Notes: generated from the letters alone by a model not told the origin. A stretch of DNA of 64,000 bases from Elusimicrobiota bacterium (GCA_041661185.1 JBAZUV010000001.1:35616-99615); one strand, 5' to 3'; shown: positions 41,829-51,727, counted from the stretch's first letter. Program-made: numbers and translations.

Positions 41829-43519
41829 GAGAGGACTCCGTTTTGAATAGGCCTTCATCGACAGCCGAGGTCTTGGGGCCGGTTTTGGAGACGCTCGATG
41901 AGTTCGGCCGAGACGTCGGCTGGGGCCATATGCCGCCGGAACCGCTCGAAGCGCCCGTCTCCATCGACGAACTCCAGATCGACTTCACCCCTTCCCCCGC
42001 GGATTGGAGGGACCAGATCCTCTATTCCGTCATCATCGACCGGTTCAGCCGCGCCCGTCCGTTCAAGAGATGGGGCGATCCCGCCGACGGACGCACGCGC
42101 CACGGCGGGAACATCCGAGGACTCATCGAGCGGCTGGACTATCTGAAGGGCTTGGGCGTCACCACGCTGCAGATCAATCCGATCTTCATGAATCCGCCGG
42201 CCGGCTACCACCAATATTGGCCCGTGCATTTCCTGGCGGTCGACCCGCATCTGGGCACGATGAGGGACTTCAAAAAACTCGTGCTCGAGGTTCATCGGCG
42301 GGGCATGTACATCGTCATGGACATGGTCTTCAACCATACGGCGCCGATCATCCAGTACGACGGGGACGTCCGGTTCGGCCCGCGCAAGAGCGTCAAGCGC
42401 TGGCGCTATCTGCTCAAGCCCGTGGAACTCGCCGATGAGCGGCATTACAGCCTGCGCGGAGACATCAACGATTGGCATGACGCGCGGCAGTGCGCCGAGG
42501 GAGACCTCCCCGGAGGCATCAACCGCCTGCGCACGGAGGACCGCTCCACCCAGGACATCCTCCTCAAGATCGCCAAGTGGTGGATACGGGAGACGGACGT
42601 CGACGGATTCCGCCTGGATGCCTATCCCCATGTGTCCAAAGACCTCTGGACCCGCGTCTTCAGCGAGATCCGGGACTATGCCGCGAAGCTCGGCAAGCGG
42701 GACTTCCTTCTCATGGGGGAGCTTTTCGACGGGGATCCGCGGCATTACGTCGGAGAGCTCCGAAACGGCCGGCTCAGCGCCGCCTACAACTACCCCGCGT
42801 ATTTCTGGAACAACGCGGCCCTGCACGCGCAGGCCGCTCCCGAGGCGCTTGCCCAAAGCCATGAGGCCTTGTCTTCGCTGCTGGGGGACCGGCTCCACTA
42901 CATGGTGAATTTCATCAGCAACCATGACCGGGTCCATTTCCTCAAGGAGAACGACGACGCCGGCCTGCTCCGGTTCGCGCTGGGCTGCATCCTCACGGAC
43001 ATCGGGATCCCGTATCTATATGGAGAAGAGCAGGCGCCTCGGCAGGTTCCCGGAAGGGAGCTCTTGGATGTGGAGGCTCCCCGCGAGGACCGCTTCATCC
43101 AGGGACGCTTCAAGAATCCTTGCTCTCCCTTGGACGGGTTTTCCACGGGCTCTCCCGAATACCGGTTGATGAACGCGCTGATCCGGGTCCGCAAGGACGT
43201 CGCCGCTTTGCGCCGAGGCGAGAAGCATGTCCGCTGCGCCGAGTCTCGGGGTCCGGGTCTCTACGTTTTCAGCCGGATCCACGAAGGCCGGGAAGCGCTC
43301 GTGGTCCTCAACAGCGCGAACGAGCCTCGCGGCGCGCGGGTCTGGGTGGATTCCAGCCTCACCCCTGCCGGCACGCGGCTCATCGACGCGCTCGACGCGG
43401 AATATTCCTCGACCGCGTTCTCCGAGGATGGGAAGGGCTCCCAAGTCGAGGTCCAAGCGCCCGCCTACGGCGTGCGCATCCTGCTGGAAGAACGTCCGGG
43501 AGAGCGCCATGAAGGATAG
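41825..43519 (+). CDS. GH13 alpha-amylase-family glycoside hydrolase (no signal peptide)
   Basis: A GTG start overlaps the upstream stop. It has the four GH13 regions: DMVFNHT, GFRLDAYPHV (nucleophile Asp), a GELF-type region (LLMGELFD) and FISNHDRV. Confidence 0.9.
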   Translation: MREDSVLNRPSSTAEVLGPVLETLDEFGRDVGWGHMPPEPLEAPVSIDELQIDFTPSPADWRDQILYSVIIDRFSRARPFKRWGDPADGRTRHGGNIRGLIERLDYLKGLGVTTLQINPIFMNPPAGYHQYWPVHFLAVDPHLGTMRDFKKLVLEVHRRGMYIVMDMVFNHTAPIIQYDGDVRFGPRKSVKRWRYLLKPVELADERHYSLRGDINDWHDARQCAEGDLPGGINRLRTEDRSTQDILLKIAKWWIRETDVDGFRLDAYPHVSKDLWTRVFSEIRDYAAKLGKRDFLLMGELFDGDPRHYVGELRNGRLSAAYNYPAYFWNNAALHAQAAPEALAQSHEALSSLLGDRLHYMVNFISNHDRVHFLKENDDAGLLRFALGCILTDIGIPYLYGEEQAPRQVPGRELLDVEAPREDRFIQGRFKNPCSPLDGFSTGSPEYRLMNALIRVRKDVAALRRGEKHVRCAESRGPGLYVFSRIHEGREALVVLNSANEPRGARVWVDSSLTPAGTRLIDALDAEYSSTAFSEDGKGSQVEVQAPAYGVRILLEERPGERHEG

Positions 43520-44204
43520 TCCGCTCATCGAGTTCGATCCTGGGGTCCTGCGGGGACTGCGGTCCTGCAGGGTCCGGCCGAGCCGGAGCGATCGCGCGTA
43601 TCTGGCGACCAAGACCTTCGGCGTCAATCTCGCCGTGCGCGGTGCTTTCGCGCTTTCCGGCATCCACGGCGGAGCTTCGGCTGCGAGGGTCGTCTGCGCG
43701 TTGTCCTGGCATCAGCTCCAGGACGCGGCCTGCACGCTCTACGGCCGGTCCTACTTGAACCTGCTCGCACGCGCAGCCGGAGGATTGAGGATCGCCGGAC
43801 GCGGCATCGGGGACCTCGTCTTCGTCTACGTCCAAGTCAGCGCTTCCGAGGTCCTGACCCGCCTCATCCTGGGTCCCGTCGGCAATACTCCCTCGGCGCT
43901 GACCCTTGCCGGCCTCGGGATGGTCTTCCTGAACGTCGGGCAGGGCATGATCGCCGGAGGCTCCATCATCCCGGCGATCAATCAGGTGCGCAAAGCCGGC
44001 TTCATCGGAGAGCGAGCGTGCATGCACATCTACCAGCTCTCCGGCCTGACAATCCACCTCGGACTCCTGGCGACTTTCGGATACCAAGCCCTCCATGCCT
44101 GGGCCACCGCGGCGCTCTCCATCGCCTCCTGGTCCTTCTATGCCGTTGCCGTGGCGATCGATAGGGGGACGGATCTGCCCAAGGGAAGCCGCCTCCAGGT
44201 TTGA
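43509..44204 (+). CDS. hypothetical membrane protein
   Basis: Track ORF 43227..44204 trimmed to MKDSPLIEFD at 43509 (11-nt overlap with the GH13 gene). It has several hydrophobic segments (..LTLAGLGMVFLNVGQGMIAGGSIIPAI.., ..LSGLTIHLGLLATFGY.., ..AALSIASWSFYAVAVAI..). No recognisable family. Confidence 0.6.
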   Translation: MKDSPLIEFDPGVLRGLRSCRVRPSRSDRAYLATKTFGVNLAVRGAFALSGIHGGASAARVVCALSWHQLQDAACTLYGRSYLNLLARAAGGLRIAGRGIGDLVFVYVQVSASEVLTRLILGPVGNTPSALTLAGLGMVFLNVGQGMIAGGSIIPAINQVRKAGFIGERACMHIYQLSGLTIHLGLLATFGYQALHAWATAALSIASWSFYAVAVAIDRGTDLPKGSRLQV

Positions 44205-44231
44205 GCGCCCGCGGCGGGGCAAACGAAACGA

Positions 44232-44263
44232 CCCGGAGGGTTTCCCCTCCGGGCCGTTCTTTT
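44232..44263 (+). terminator. rho-independent terminator ending the four-gene operon
   Basis: Stem CCCGGAGGG / CCCTCCGGG with loop TTTC, followed by CCGTTCTTTTGG. Confidence 0.6.
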
Positions 44264-44278
44264 GGCGCGCCGGACCGA

Positions 44279-44830
44279 TCAGTAGTCCAAGCGGGTCTCC
44301 GAGGTCAATTCGAAGACCTGCGTCTCAAGGATCTCGCCTGAAGGGCTCAGGAGTTCGACTTGCAGCTTATTGAGTCCCGCCTGCAAGGGGAGCATCTGGA
44401 CCGCCCCATAGTAGCCATAAGGGATCTCATAGCGCTCCGGACGGAGCGCGCTGGTCAACGGGACCTTGACCGGGCCTTCGTTGCCGACGAAGTTCATCAT
44501 CGGCGGGAGGAAGGCGGAGATGGGATGGGTCCCGTCGGAATCCCTGCTCTGCACGGAGATCGACAGGTTGCTCACCCGGACGCCGGTCGTTCTTGTTTCC
44601 GTATGCCGGATCACGGCATCGATGCTGCCGCAGCGGTCCCCGTGTCCGGGGATGACGCACTCGAAGCTCAGTTCTTGCTGCAGTTCAAGGGTCACGCTTC
44701 CGAGGGCGTAGGTCCCTTGGCGCGAAGGCGCCTGCGCGGGAGACGCCGACTGTCCCATCACGGAGTCCCCGAAAGCGGCGAATACGAACAAGGCTGCAAG
44801 GCTCGATACGACCCCGATCTTCTTCATCAT
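44279..44830 (-). CDS. hypothetical secreted protein
   Basis: Track ORF trimmed to MMKKIGVVSSLAALFVFAAFG (signal peptide) at 44830, with a strong AGGAGGAGA SD just upstream. No recognisable domain. Confidence 0.6.
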   Translation of the reverse strand: MMKKIGVVSSLAALFVFAAFGDSVMGQSASPAQAPSRQGTYALGSVTLELQQELSFECVIPGHGDRCGSIDAVIRHTETRTTGVRVSNLSISVQSRDSDGTHPISAFLPPMMNFVGNEGPVKVPLTSALRPERYEIPYGYYGAVQMLPLQAGLNKLQVELLSPSGEILETQVFELTSETRLDY

Positions 44831-44874
44831 GTCTCCTCCTTGATTTCCCGACGCTTCAAGTATATCCATCCGGT

Positions 44875-44940
44875 TTGACGTTCAGGTGACGGCGGGAGAA
44901 CGACGGCATGACCCCCGCGTCAAAAAATGTTCACGCGTTC
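44875..44940 (+). promoter_or_regulatory. six consecutive 11-bp units carrying TGAC/TCAC-type hexamers (candidate Pho-box array) in the divergent promoter region
   Basis: TTGACGttcag GTGACGgcggg AGAACGacggc ATGACCcccgc GTCAAAaaatg TTCACGcgttc, with strict 11-bp phasing. It lies between the divergent secreted-protein gene (start 44830) and the porin-pst operon (start 45049). Confidence 0.45.
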
Positions 44941-45048
44941 GAGGCGCGGCCGCAATGGGTTTTCTCCGGGAGGACTGCTTGAATATCCTCGATGCTAACG
45001 CCGAGGATGAGCGCTCCGCGCTCCCCTCAATGACAGGAGACACTCATC

Positions 45049-46188
45049 ATGAAGAACGCCGCGGTCTGGGCCTTGCTGGTCTTCGGGCCGATCCTTCCGA
45101 CGCAGGCGCAGGAATTGAAGCTCTCGAGCCATCTTGAGAGCGTGAAGTTCAGCGGAGATTTCCGCCTTCGCCAGGAGAACTTCAAGAAGATGACGCCCAA
45201 CAAGTACGACCGGAACCGGGAGCGGTTCCGTCTGCGCCTGGGCGTCGAGGTCCAGTTTCCCAACCAGGTCCTGAGCGTGTTCCGCTTCGCTTCGGGCACC
45301 GGCGAGCAGGTCTCCACCAACCAGACCTTCACGGGCATCGGCAGCCAGAAAGGCATCTACATCGATCAGGCCTATCTCGCCTGGCGGCCTTCCTTAGGAG
45401 AGAACGGCAGCGCCTATCTTCAATCGGGCCGCATGCAGAACGCTCTTTGGCAGACGTATTCCTCGGATGCGCTATGGGACGCGGACTTGAACCCGGAAGG
45501 GGTCGGGGAAGGGATTGAATATCTGTTCCCGGACACCGGGGTGAGCCTCTTCGCCAACGCGCAGCAGATGGCCGCGGCGGAGTCGGCCAACAACACGGCG
45601 CGCCCGTTCTGCTTGAGCCAGCAGCTCGGGTTCGAGACGCGGCTGCCGGTCAAATCGCGACTGCGCATGGCCGCGGCCTACCACCACTGGACGAACGTCG
45701 ATGCCTTCGCCTTCGGCCAGGGCGTCACCCAGGACGGGAACCGGCGCTATTCGACGAACGTCCCGAAGAACCTCTTCGGAGTGGGGGAAGTCACGGCGGA
45801 GCTGCGCTCCTGGGTCGGCCGCCTGCCCCTCTCCGTGCAGGGCACCTATCTCAACAACCTGCGCGCCAGGGACAATCTTGGGTCCGCGGAGAACTACGGC
45901 TACCAGACCGGCTTCATCCTGGGGAAAGCCTCCGGCGCGAAGACCTGGGAGGCCGCGTACTTCTACAAGTTCCTGCGCACCGATGCGACGATCGCCGATG
46001 CCGTCGATTCAGACTTCGGCAACGGCGGGACCAACCGCAAGGGCCATATCCTGTGGCTGGCCTACAGCCCAAAGGATTGGCTGCAGGTGAAGGCCAAGTA
46101 TTTCATCACCCGTCTGCTGGCGGACAACCAAGGCCAGACCGACGACGCGATCAACCGCGCACAACTGGACTTCCAGGTGAAGTTCTGA
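45049..46188 (+). CDS. outer-membrane porin (beta-barrel), first gene of the pst cluster
   Basis: Signal peptide MKNAAVWALLVFGPILPTQAQ, alternating amphipathic beta-strand pattern and a C-terminal ..LDFQVKF with terminal Phe. An AGGAGA SD lies upstream. Its position suggests a phosphate/anion porin. Confidence 0.8.
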   Translation: MKNAAVWALLVFGPILPTQAQELKLSSHLESVKFSGDFRLRQENFKKMTPNKYDRNRERFRLRLGVEVQFPNQVLSVFRFASGTGEQVSTNQTFTGIGSQKGIYIDQAYLAWRPSLGENGSAYLQSGRMQNALWQTYSSDALWDADLNPEGVGEGIEYLFPDTGVSLFANAQQMAAAESANNTARPFCLSQQLGFETRLPVKSRLRMAAAYHHWTNVDAFAFGQGVTQDGNRRYSTNVPKNLFGVGEVTAELRSWVGRLPLSVQGTYLNNLRARDNLGSAENYGYQTGFILGKASGAKTWEAAYFYKFLRTDATIADAVDSDFGNGGTNRKGHILWLAYSPKDWLQVKAKYFITRLLADNQGQTDDAINRAQLDFQVKF

Positions 46189-46211
46189 GAAAACATAGGA
46201 GAATGAAAACC

Positions 46212-47231
46212 ATGAACATCCTTAAGAATATCCGGAGATCGGCCGCTCTCCTCGTCCTGCTGGCCGCAGCCGCATCCGCCGCGCAAACGACGAACCTCAA
46301 TGGGGCCGGGGCCACCTTTCCCTACCCCATCTACTCCAAGTGGTTCGACGACTACCGGCAAGCGCGTCCGGACGTGCAGATCAACTACCAGTCCATCGGT
46401 TCCGGGGGCGGCATCCGGCAGATCACGGCCCGCACAGTGGACTTCGGCGCCACCGACGGTCCGATGACGGACAAGCAGCTCTTCGCCGTCGACGGGAAGA
46501 TCCTCCATCTGCCCACCGTGCTGGGCGCGGTGGTCCCGGTGTTCAACGTCAAGGGGCTCTCCGAACTCAACCTGAGCGGAGAGGTCCTCGCCGACATCTT
46601 CCTCGGCAAGGTCCGCATGTGGAACGACAAGGCTCTCGCCGACCTCAACCCCGGCGTCGAGCTTCCCTCCGCGCCCATCACGGTGGTCCATCGTTCCGAC
46701 GGGTCCGGCACGACCTACTGCTTCGTCGACTATCTGAGCAAGGTCAGTCCCGGATGGCTCAAGGGCGTCGGGCGGGGGACCTCCGTGAACTGGCCGGTCG
46801 GCCTGGGCGGCAAGGGCAACGAGGGCGTGTCGAGCATGGTCAAGGGCATGCCCGGGGCCATCGGCTACGTCGAACTCATCTACGCCAAGCAGAACGGCAT
46901 CGCGTATGCGTCCGTGCGCAACAAGGCGGGCCGGTTCGTGTCGGCGGATATCGAGGCGGTCACCGCCGCGGCGGCCGCTTCCTCCCGGACGATGCCCGCG
47001 GACTTCCGCGTCTCCATCACCGACGCGCCGGGCGAGAAGGCCTATCCCATCTCGACCTACACCTGGCTGCTCGTCTATCAGAAGAACACGGCTCCTCGCG
47101 GGGAGATCCTCAAGGGCTTCCTGCGCTGGATGCTCAAGGACGGACAGAAGAGCGCCGCGTCCTTGGGCTATGCGCCCCTGCCCGCCGAGGTCGCCGTGAA
47201 GGTCGCCGCGGCGGCGGAGACTCTGCGGTGA
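46212..47231 (+). CDS. pstS: phosphate ABC transporter substrate-binding protein
   Basis: Signal peptide, then GAGATFPYPIYSKW, NYQSIGSGGG and RSDGSGTT. The start is placed at the ATG 9 nt after the AGGAGA SD. An alternative ATG lies at 46203. Confidence 0.95.
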   Translation: MNILKNIRRSAALLVLLAAAASAAQTTNLNGAGATFPYPIYSKWFDDYRQARPDVQINYQSIGSGGGIRQITARTVDFGATDGPMTDKQLFAVDGKILHLPTVLGAVVPVFNVKGLSELNLSGEVLADIFLGKVRMWNDKALADLNPGVELPSAPITVVHRSDGSGTTYCFVDYLSKVSPGWLKGVGRGTSVNWPVGLGGKGNEGVSSMVKGMPGAIGYVELIYAKQNGIAYASVRNKAGRFVSADIEAVTAAAAASSRTMPADFRVSITDAPGEKAYPISTYTWLLVYQKNTAPRGEILKGFLRWMLKDGQKSAASLGYAPLPAEVAVKVAAAAETLR

Positions 47232-48199
47232 TCCCCGTCATCGCGCGCAGCATCGCGCGAAGCGGCGTCAAGAAAGTCGCCGGCCCGCGCGAGCGGGCCG
47301 GCGACCGGGTCTTTCAAGCCGCGCTCTGCGCGGCGGCCATGAGCGTCGTCGCGCTCGCGCTCGCGCTCGCCTGCCGGCTTTCCATCGATTCCCGCCTGCT
47401 CTGGAAGGCGATGGGGCCCGGCTTCCTCTGGGGCACGACCTGGGACCCCGTCGCCGAAGTCTTCGGCGCGCTGCCGTTCATCTTCGGCACGCTCGTCACT
47501 TCCGCGCTGGCGCTCCTCATCGCGGTCCCTTTGGGCATCGGCGCGGCCGTGTTCCTTTCCGAGATGGCGCCGCGCCGGGTCGCCGCGGTCTGCGGCTTCC
47601 TCATCGAGCTCCTCGCCGCGGTCCCCAGCGTCATCATCGGACTCATGGGCATCTTCGTGCTGGTGCCGGTCGTCCGATCCGTCGAACCGTTCCTCATCTC
47701 CACGCTGGGCCGGCTGCCTTTATTCTCCGGCTTCCCTTACGGAGTGGGCATGCTGAGCGCCGGACTCGTGCTCGCGATGATGGTGCTGCCCTACATCACC
47801 ACCATCACCCGCGAGGTGCTCATGACCGTCCCGAGCTCTCTTAAGGAAGGCGCTTTGGCCTTGGGCGCCACGCGCTGGGAGACCGTGCATACGGTCAGCC
47901 TTCCTTATGCGCGCTCGGCCGTCGTGGGGGCGGTGTTCCTCGCTCTGGGCCGCGCGCTGGGAGAGACCATGGCCGTGACCATGGTCATCGGCAATACGCC
48001 GAAGATCTCGGCTTCCCTGCTCGATCCCGGCTACAGCATGGCCGCGGTCATCGCCAACGAGTTCGCCGAGGCGACCTCCGACGCCTATGTCCATGCGCTC
48101 ATCGGCATCGGCCTGGTCCTCTTCGTACTGACGCTCCTCATCAACGGCTGCGCCCGCTGGATGATCCTCCGGCTCGCGCGCCCGGCGGGCGCGCGATGA
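47228..48199 (+). CDS. pstC: phosphate ABC transporter permease PstC
   Basis: A GTG start overlaps the pstS stop (GTGA). It has six TM segments and the EAA-type loop ..LKEGALALGATRWET... Confidence 0.95.
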   Translation: MIPVIARSIARSGVKKVAGPRERAGDRVFQAALCAAAMSVVALALALACRLSIDSRLLWKAMGPGFLWGTTWDPVAEVFGALPFIFGTLVTSALALLIAVPLGIGAAVFLSEMAPRRVAAVCGFLIELLAAVPSVIIGLMGIFVLVPVVRSVEPFLISTLGRLPLFSGFPYGVGMLSAGLVLAMMVLPYITTITREVLMTVPSSLKEGALALGATRWETVHTVSLPYARSAVVGAVFLALGRALGETMAVTMVIGNTPKISASLLDPGYSMAAVIANEFAEATSDAYVHALIGIGLVLFVLTLLINGCARWMILRLARPAGAR

Positions 48200-49047
48200 G
48201 ATTCCCCGACTACGCGCGGCGCAAGCAGGTCGACCGGTTCGCCACGGCGCTCTCGGCCGCCTGCGCGTTCTTCGCCCTCGCGGCGCTCTTTGCGATCCTC
48301 GGCTACATCGCGTCCAAGGGCGCGGCGGCCGTGAACTGGGATTTCCTCACCCAGCTCCCGAAGCCGGTCGGAGAGATCGGCGGAGGAATCGCCAATTCCA
48401 TCGTCGGGACCGCGAAGATCGTCGGCCTGGCCGCGCTGCTCGGAGGTCCCATCGGCATCCTGGGGGGCATCTATCTCAGCGAGTACGCATCTTCCCGCAC
48501 GGCTTTCTGGGTCCGGTATGCCGCGGACGCGCTCAACGGAGTTCCCTCCATCGTCATGGGGATATTCGCCTACTCCATCATCGTGCTGCCGCTCAAGCGC
48601 TTCAGCGGCCTGGCCGGGAGCATCGCTCTGGGAGTGATCCTCATCCCCATCGTGCTGCGCAATACCGAGGAGTTCATGCGCCTGGTCCCGCGCAGCGTCC
48701 GGGAGGGCGCGCTCGCCCTGGGCATCCCGCGCTGGAAGTGCGTTCTGCGCGTGGCTCTGCCCACCGCCGCGCCCGGCGTGCTCACCGGCCTGCTGCTGGG
48801 CATATCGCGCATCGCGGGGGAGACGGCGCCGCTCATCTTCACGGCTTTCGGGAACCGCTTCTGGGATCAAGGGATGCTGCACCCTATGGCGTCCCTGCCT
48901 CTGACGATCTATACCTACGCCATCTCGCCCTATGAGGATTGGCACCGCCAGGCTTGGGCGGGCGCCTTCATCCTGCTGATGTTCGTTCTGACGGCCAATA
49001 TCCTGGCCCGGCTCCTGATGAGGCGCCCCACCGGAGGACACTCATGA
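48196..49047 (+). CDS. pstA: phosphate ABC transporter permease PstA
   Basis: ATGA overlap with pstC. ..[14 protein letters not shown].....LP.A.PG..TG..L...R..GETAPL is typical of PstA. Confidence 0.95.
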   Translation: MRFPDYARRKQVDRFATALSAACAFFALAALFAILGYIASKGAAAVNWDFLTQLPKPVGEIGGGIANSIVGTAKIVGLAALLGGPIGILGGIYLSEYASSRTAFWVRYAADALNGVPSIVMGIFAYSIIVLPLKRFSGLAGSIALGVILIPIVLRNTEEFMRLVPRSVREGALALGIPRWKCVLRVALPTAAPGVLTGLLLGISRIAGETAPLIFTAFGNRFWDQGMLHPMASLPLTIYTYAISPYEDWHRQAWAGAFILLMFVLTANILARLLMRRPTGGHS

Positions 49048-49859
49048 TCCCGACGATCGAATCCGCCGTGCCGACCGAGAAGTCCGAGAAAGTCTCCGAG
49101 GAGGAGCGCCGCGTCATCCTCTCGGCGCGGGCCCTTCGGGCGGGCTACGGCGCGGCCGAGATCCTCAAAGGGGTGGACTTCCCCGTGCGTGAAAGGGTCG
49201 TCACGGCCGTCATCGGCCCCTCGGGCTGCGGGAAGTCCACGCTCATCCGCTGCCTCAACCGCCTTCACGAGAGCGTGCCGGGCGGCTGGTGCGAGGGGGA
49301 ACTCCTGCTCGACGGAGAGGATCTCCTGCGGATCGATCCCGTGCTCCTGCGCAGGCGCATCGGCATGGTCTTCCAGCGTCCTAATCCGTTTCCGAGCATG
49401 TCCATCCGCCAGAACGTGGCTGCCGGGCTCACGCTCAACGGCGTGCGCGCGCGCAGGGTCGTCGACGAGCGCGTCGAGCGCGCGCTCAGCGACGCGGCGC
49501 TCTTCTCGGAGGTCAAGGACCGTCTCGACGAGTCCGCCCTCGGACTCTCCGGCGGCCAGCAGCAGCGTCTGTGCATCGCCAGGGCGCTGGCCGTGGAGCC
49601 GGAGGTCCTGCTGCTCGACGAGCCCTGTTCGGCGCTCGATCCCATCGCCACGGCGCGCATCGAGGAGCTGCTCTTCGAGCTCAAGAAGCGCCTGACCATC
49701 GTGACGGTCACCCACAACATGCAGCAGGCCGCCCGCGTGTCGGACTACACGGCGTTCCTTCTGATGGGGGAACTCGTGGAGTGCGGCCCGACCCGGCAGG
49801 TCTTCACGCGCCCGGCGGACAAGCGGACCGAGGACTATATCACCGGCCGATTCGGCTGA
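49044..49859 (+). CDS. pstB: phosphate ABC transporter ATP-binding protein
   Basis: Track ORF trimmed to MIPTIES at 49044 (ATGA overlap). It has Walker [20 protein letters not shown], the signature [14 protein letters not shown], Walker B LLLDEP and the C-terminal [10 protein letters not shown] characteristic of PstB. Confidence 0.97.
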   Translation: MIPTIESAVPTEKSEKVSEEERRVILSARALRAGYGAAEILKGVDFPVRERVVTAVIGPSGCGKSTLIRCLNRLHESVPGGWCEGELLLDGEDLLRIDPVLLRRRIGMVFQRPNPFPSMSIRQNVAAGLTLNGVRARRVVDERVERALSDAALFSEVKDRLDESALGLSGGQQQRLCIARALAVEPEVLLLDEPCSALDPIATARIEELLFELKKRLTIVTVTHNMQQAARVSDYTAFLLMGELVECGPTRQVFTRPADKRTEDYITGRFG

Positions 49860-49869
49860 GGAAGGATCC

Positions 49870-50532
49870 ATGACCATGAAAAGGCATTTCGACGACGATC
49901 TCCAGGCGATGCGCTCCCGCCTGCTCGAGATGGGCGCGGCCTGCGAGGAGATGGTGCAGTACGCGCTCAAGCTCTTGGCGGAACGTTCCTCTCAATACAT
50001 GGACGAGGTGCGTCGAAGAGAGGATATCGTCAATCGATTGCACGTCGAGGTCGACGAGCAGTGCCTCCAGCTCATCGCGCGCTATCAGCCCGCCGCCGGC
50101 GACCTGCGCATGATCGCGGCCGCGCTCAAGATCAACTCGGACCTCGAGCGCATCGGCGACCAGGCGGTCAACATCGCCGAGAACGGGATGTTCTTCATCG
50201 CGCAGCCGCACATGATGCTCTTCCATGTCCCGCGCATGGCGGAGCTCGCCTGTTCGATGCTCAAGGACAGTCTCGACGCCTTCTCCCGCAAGGACGTGGA
50301 GAAGGCCCGCGCCGTGCTCCGCAAGGATGACGAGGAAGACGAGCTCAAGGGCCGCGTCTTCAAGGAGCTCATGGCGCTCATGCAGTCGGATCCTTCCACG
50401 ATACAGCGGGGGCTCGACATCATCCTCATCGCCCGAAACCTCGAACGCATCGCCGACCACGCCACCAACATCGCCGAGGACGTCATCTTCATGGTCGCGG
50501 GAAGGGATGTGCGGCACGGTGCGGGGCGTTGA
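49870..50532 (+). CDS. phoU: phosphate signaling complex protein PhoU
   Basis: 220 aa with two PhoU repeats, each having the ..DLERIGDQA.NIAE / ..NLERIADHATNIAED motif. Confidence 0.95.
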   Translation: MTMKRHFDDDLQAMRSRLLEMGAACEEMVQYALKLLAERSSQYMDEVRRREDIVNRLHVEVDEQCLQLIARYQPAAGDLRMIAAALKINSDLERIGDQAVNIAENGMFFIAQPHMMLFHVPRMAELACSMLKDSLDAFSRKDVEKARAVLRKDDEEDELKGRVFKELMALMQSDPSTIQRGLDIILIARNLERIADHATNIAEDVIFMVAGRDVRHGAGR

Positions 50533-50569
50533 CGGCAGCCCTGACCTTCTTATTTGATAAAATCGAGGT

Positions 50570-51202
50570 GTGAAGGCTCGTCGAAGAAGAGACACGAACA
50601 TATTGGCCGTGGATACCACGGGCCAGACGCTGAGCTTGGCCTTGCTGGCGGGGGACAAGGTCCTTGTCTCCTCGCCTAAGCGCAGGCGGCCCCACGACGA
50701 GACCCTTTTCAGCGAGACCGAGAAGCTGCTCGGCCGCGCAAAACTCAAGCTCGAAGACCTCCACGCAGTCGCCGCGGCCAGCGGTCCCGGACGGTTCACC
50801 GGCATCCGCGTGGGACTGACCTTCGCCTCCATGCTCGGTGCGGTGCTGGATGTTCCTGCCATCGGCGCCAGTCTCTTGGAAGCCCGGGCTCGTCGGGAGC
50901 CGCCCGCTTTGCTCACGGGACAGCGTTTCTACGCGATACTCGAAGGATTCCAGGGAGAGAAGTTCATTCAGGGATTTCAATGGCGCAAAGGCCGGCTCCT
51001 GCCTCTGGGCGAGCCGGAATGGATCGAGTCCGGCCGCGTGCAGAAGCGCCTGCGGCAAGCGCACAAGCAGGGCGTCGTGCTCAGCGGTCCGGTCCAGGCC
51101 CAGGACCTGCTGGCCTGCGCGCAGGAGCGCCTTTCTCGCGGCGCGAAGGACTCCGCGATCCCGCTTTACCTTAAGCCCGCCTCCTACGAGCGCAAAAAAT
51201 AA
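50570..51202 (+). CDS. tsaB: tRNA threonylcarbamoyladenosine biosynthesis protein TsaB (start approximate)
   Basis: ILAVDTTGQTLSLAL, L.AVAAASGPGRFTGIRVGL..A is the TsaB/YeaZ N-terminal pattern. It is followed by rimI, as in the common tsaB-rimI arrangement. Confidence 0.85.
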   Translation: MKARRRRDTNILAVDTTGQTLSLALLAGDKVLVSSPKRRRPHDETLFSETEKLLGRAKLKLEDLHAVAAASGPGRFTGIRVGLTFASMLGAVLDVPAIGASLLEARARREPPALLTGQRFYAILEGFQGEKFIQGFQWRKGRLLPLGEPEWIESGRVQKRLRQAHKQGVVLSGPVQAQDLLACAQERLSRGAKDSAIPLYLKPASYERKK

Positions 51203-51253
51203 TATGCGCAGCGCGAGTCCTATCGATGTCGGGGCTCATGCGGGCATCGATCC

Positions 51254-51727
51254 ATGAGGTCCGCGCGTTCCGCGGACCTCGAGGCCATACTGGCCATCGA
51301 GTCTCATTGGACGACCACTCCGCATTGGACGCGCGCGCAGTTCGAGTCCGAATTCTCCAACCCGCGCTCCGTGTTTCTTGTTGCCGAGGTGCAGTGCATT
51401 GCGGATGCAGGAATGAGCGGGCCGCGGGAAGAGTCCCGCGGGCGGCTCAGCGGCTACGGCGCGGCCTGGGCCGTCGAGGATGAGCTCCAGATCCTGAGCG
51501 TGGCGGTGAATCCCGAGCATGTGCGCCGAGGAATCGGCCGCGCCTTGGTGGAGGCGCTCTGCGTCCAGGGCCGCAGCCGAGGCTGTTCGCGCGCCACGCT
51601 GGAAGTCAGCCATCTCAATGCCGGGGCCGTCGCGCTCTATGAAGGATGCGGCTTCGTCGTTGTGGGCCGCAGGCCCAAGTTCTATAATGATGGTTCCGAC
51701 GCCGTACTCATGGATAAGACCTTGTGA
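51254..51727 (+). CDS. rimI: GNAT N-acetyltransferase, ribosomal-protein-alanine acetyltransferase type
   Basis: ILSVAV.PEHVRRGIGRALVEAL (acetyl-CoA motif A), LEV...N..A..LYE..GF and YY.DG.DA.LM. Context next to tsaB. Confidence 0.8.
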   Translation: MRSARSADLEAILAIESHWTTTPHWTRAQFESEFSNPRSVFLVAEVQCIADAGMSGPREESRGRLSGYGAAWAVEDELQILSVAVNPEHVRRGIGRALVEALCVQGRSRGCSRATLEVSHLNAGAVALYEGCGFVVVGRRPKFYNDGSDAVLMDKTL

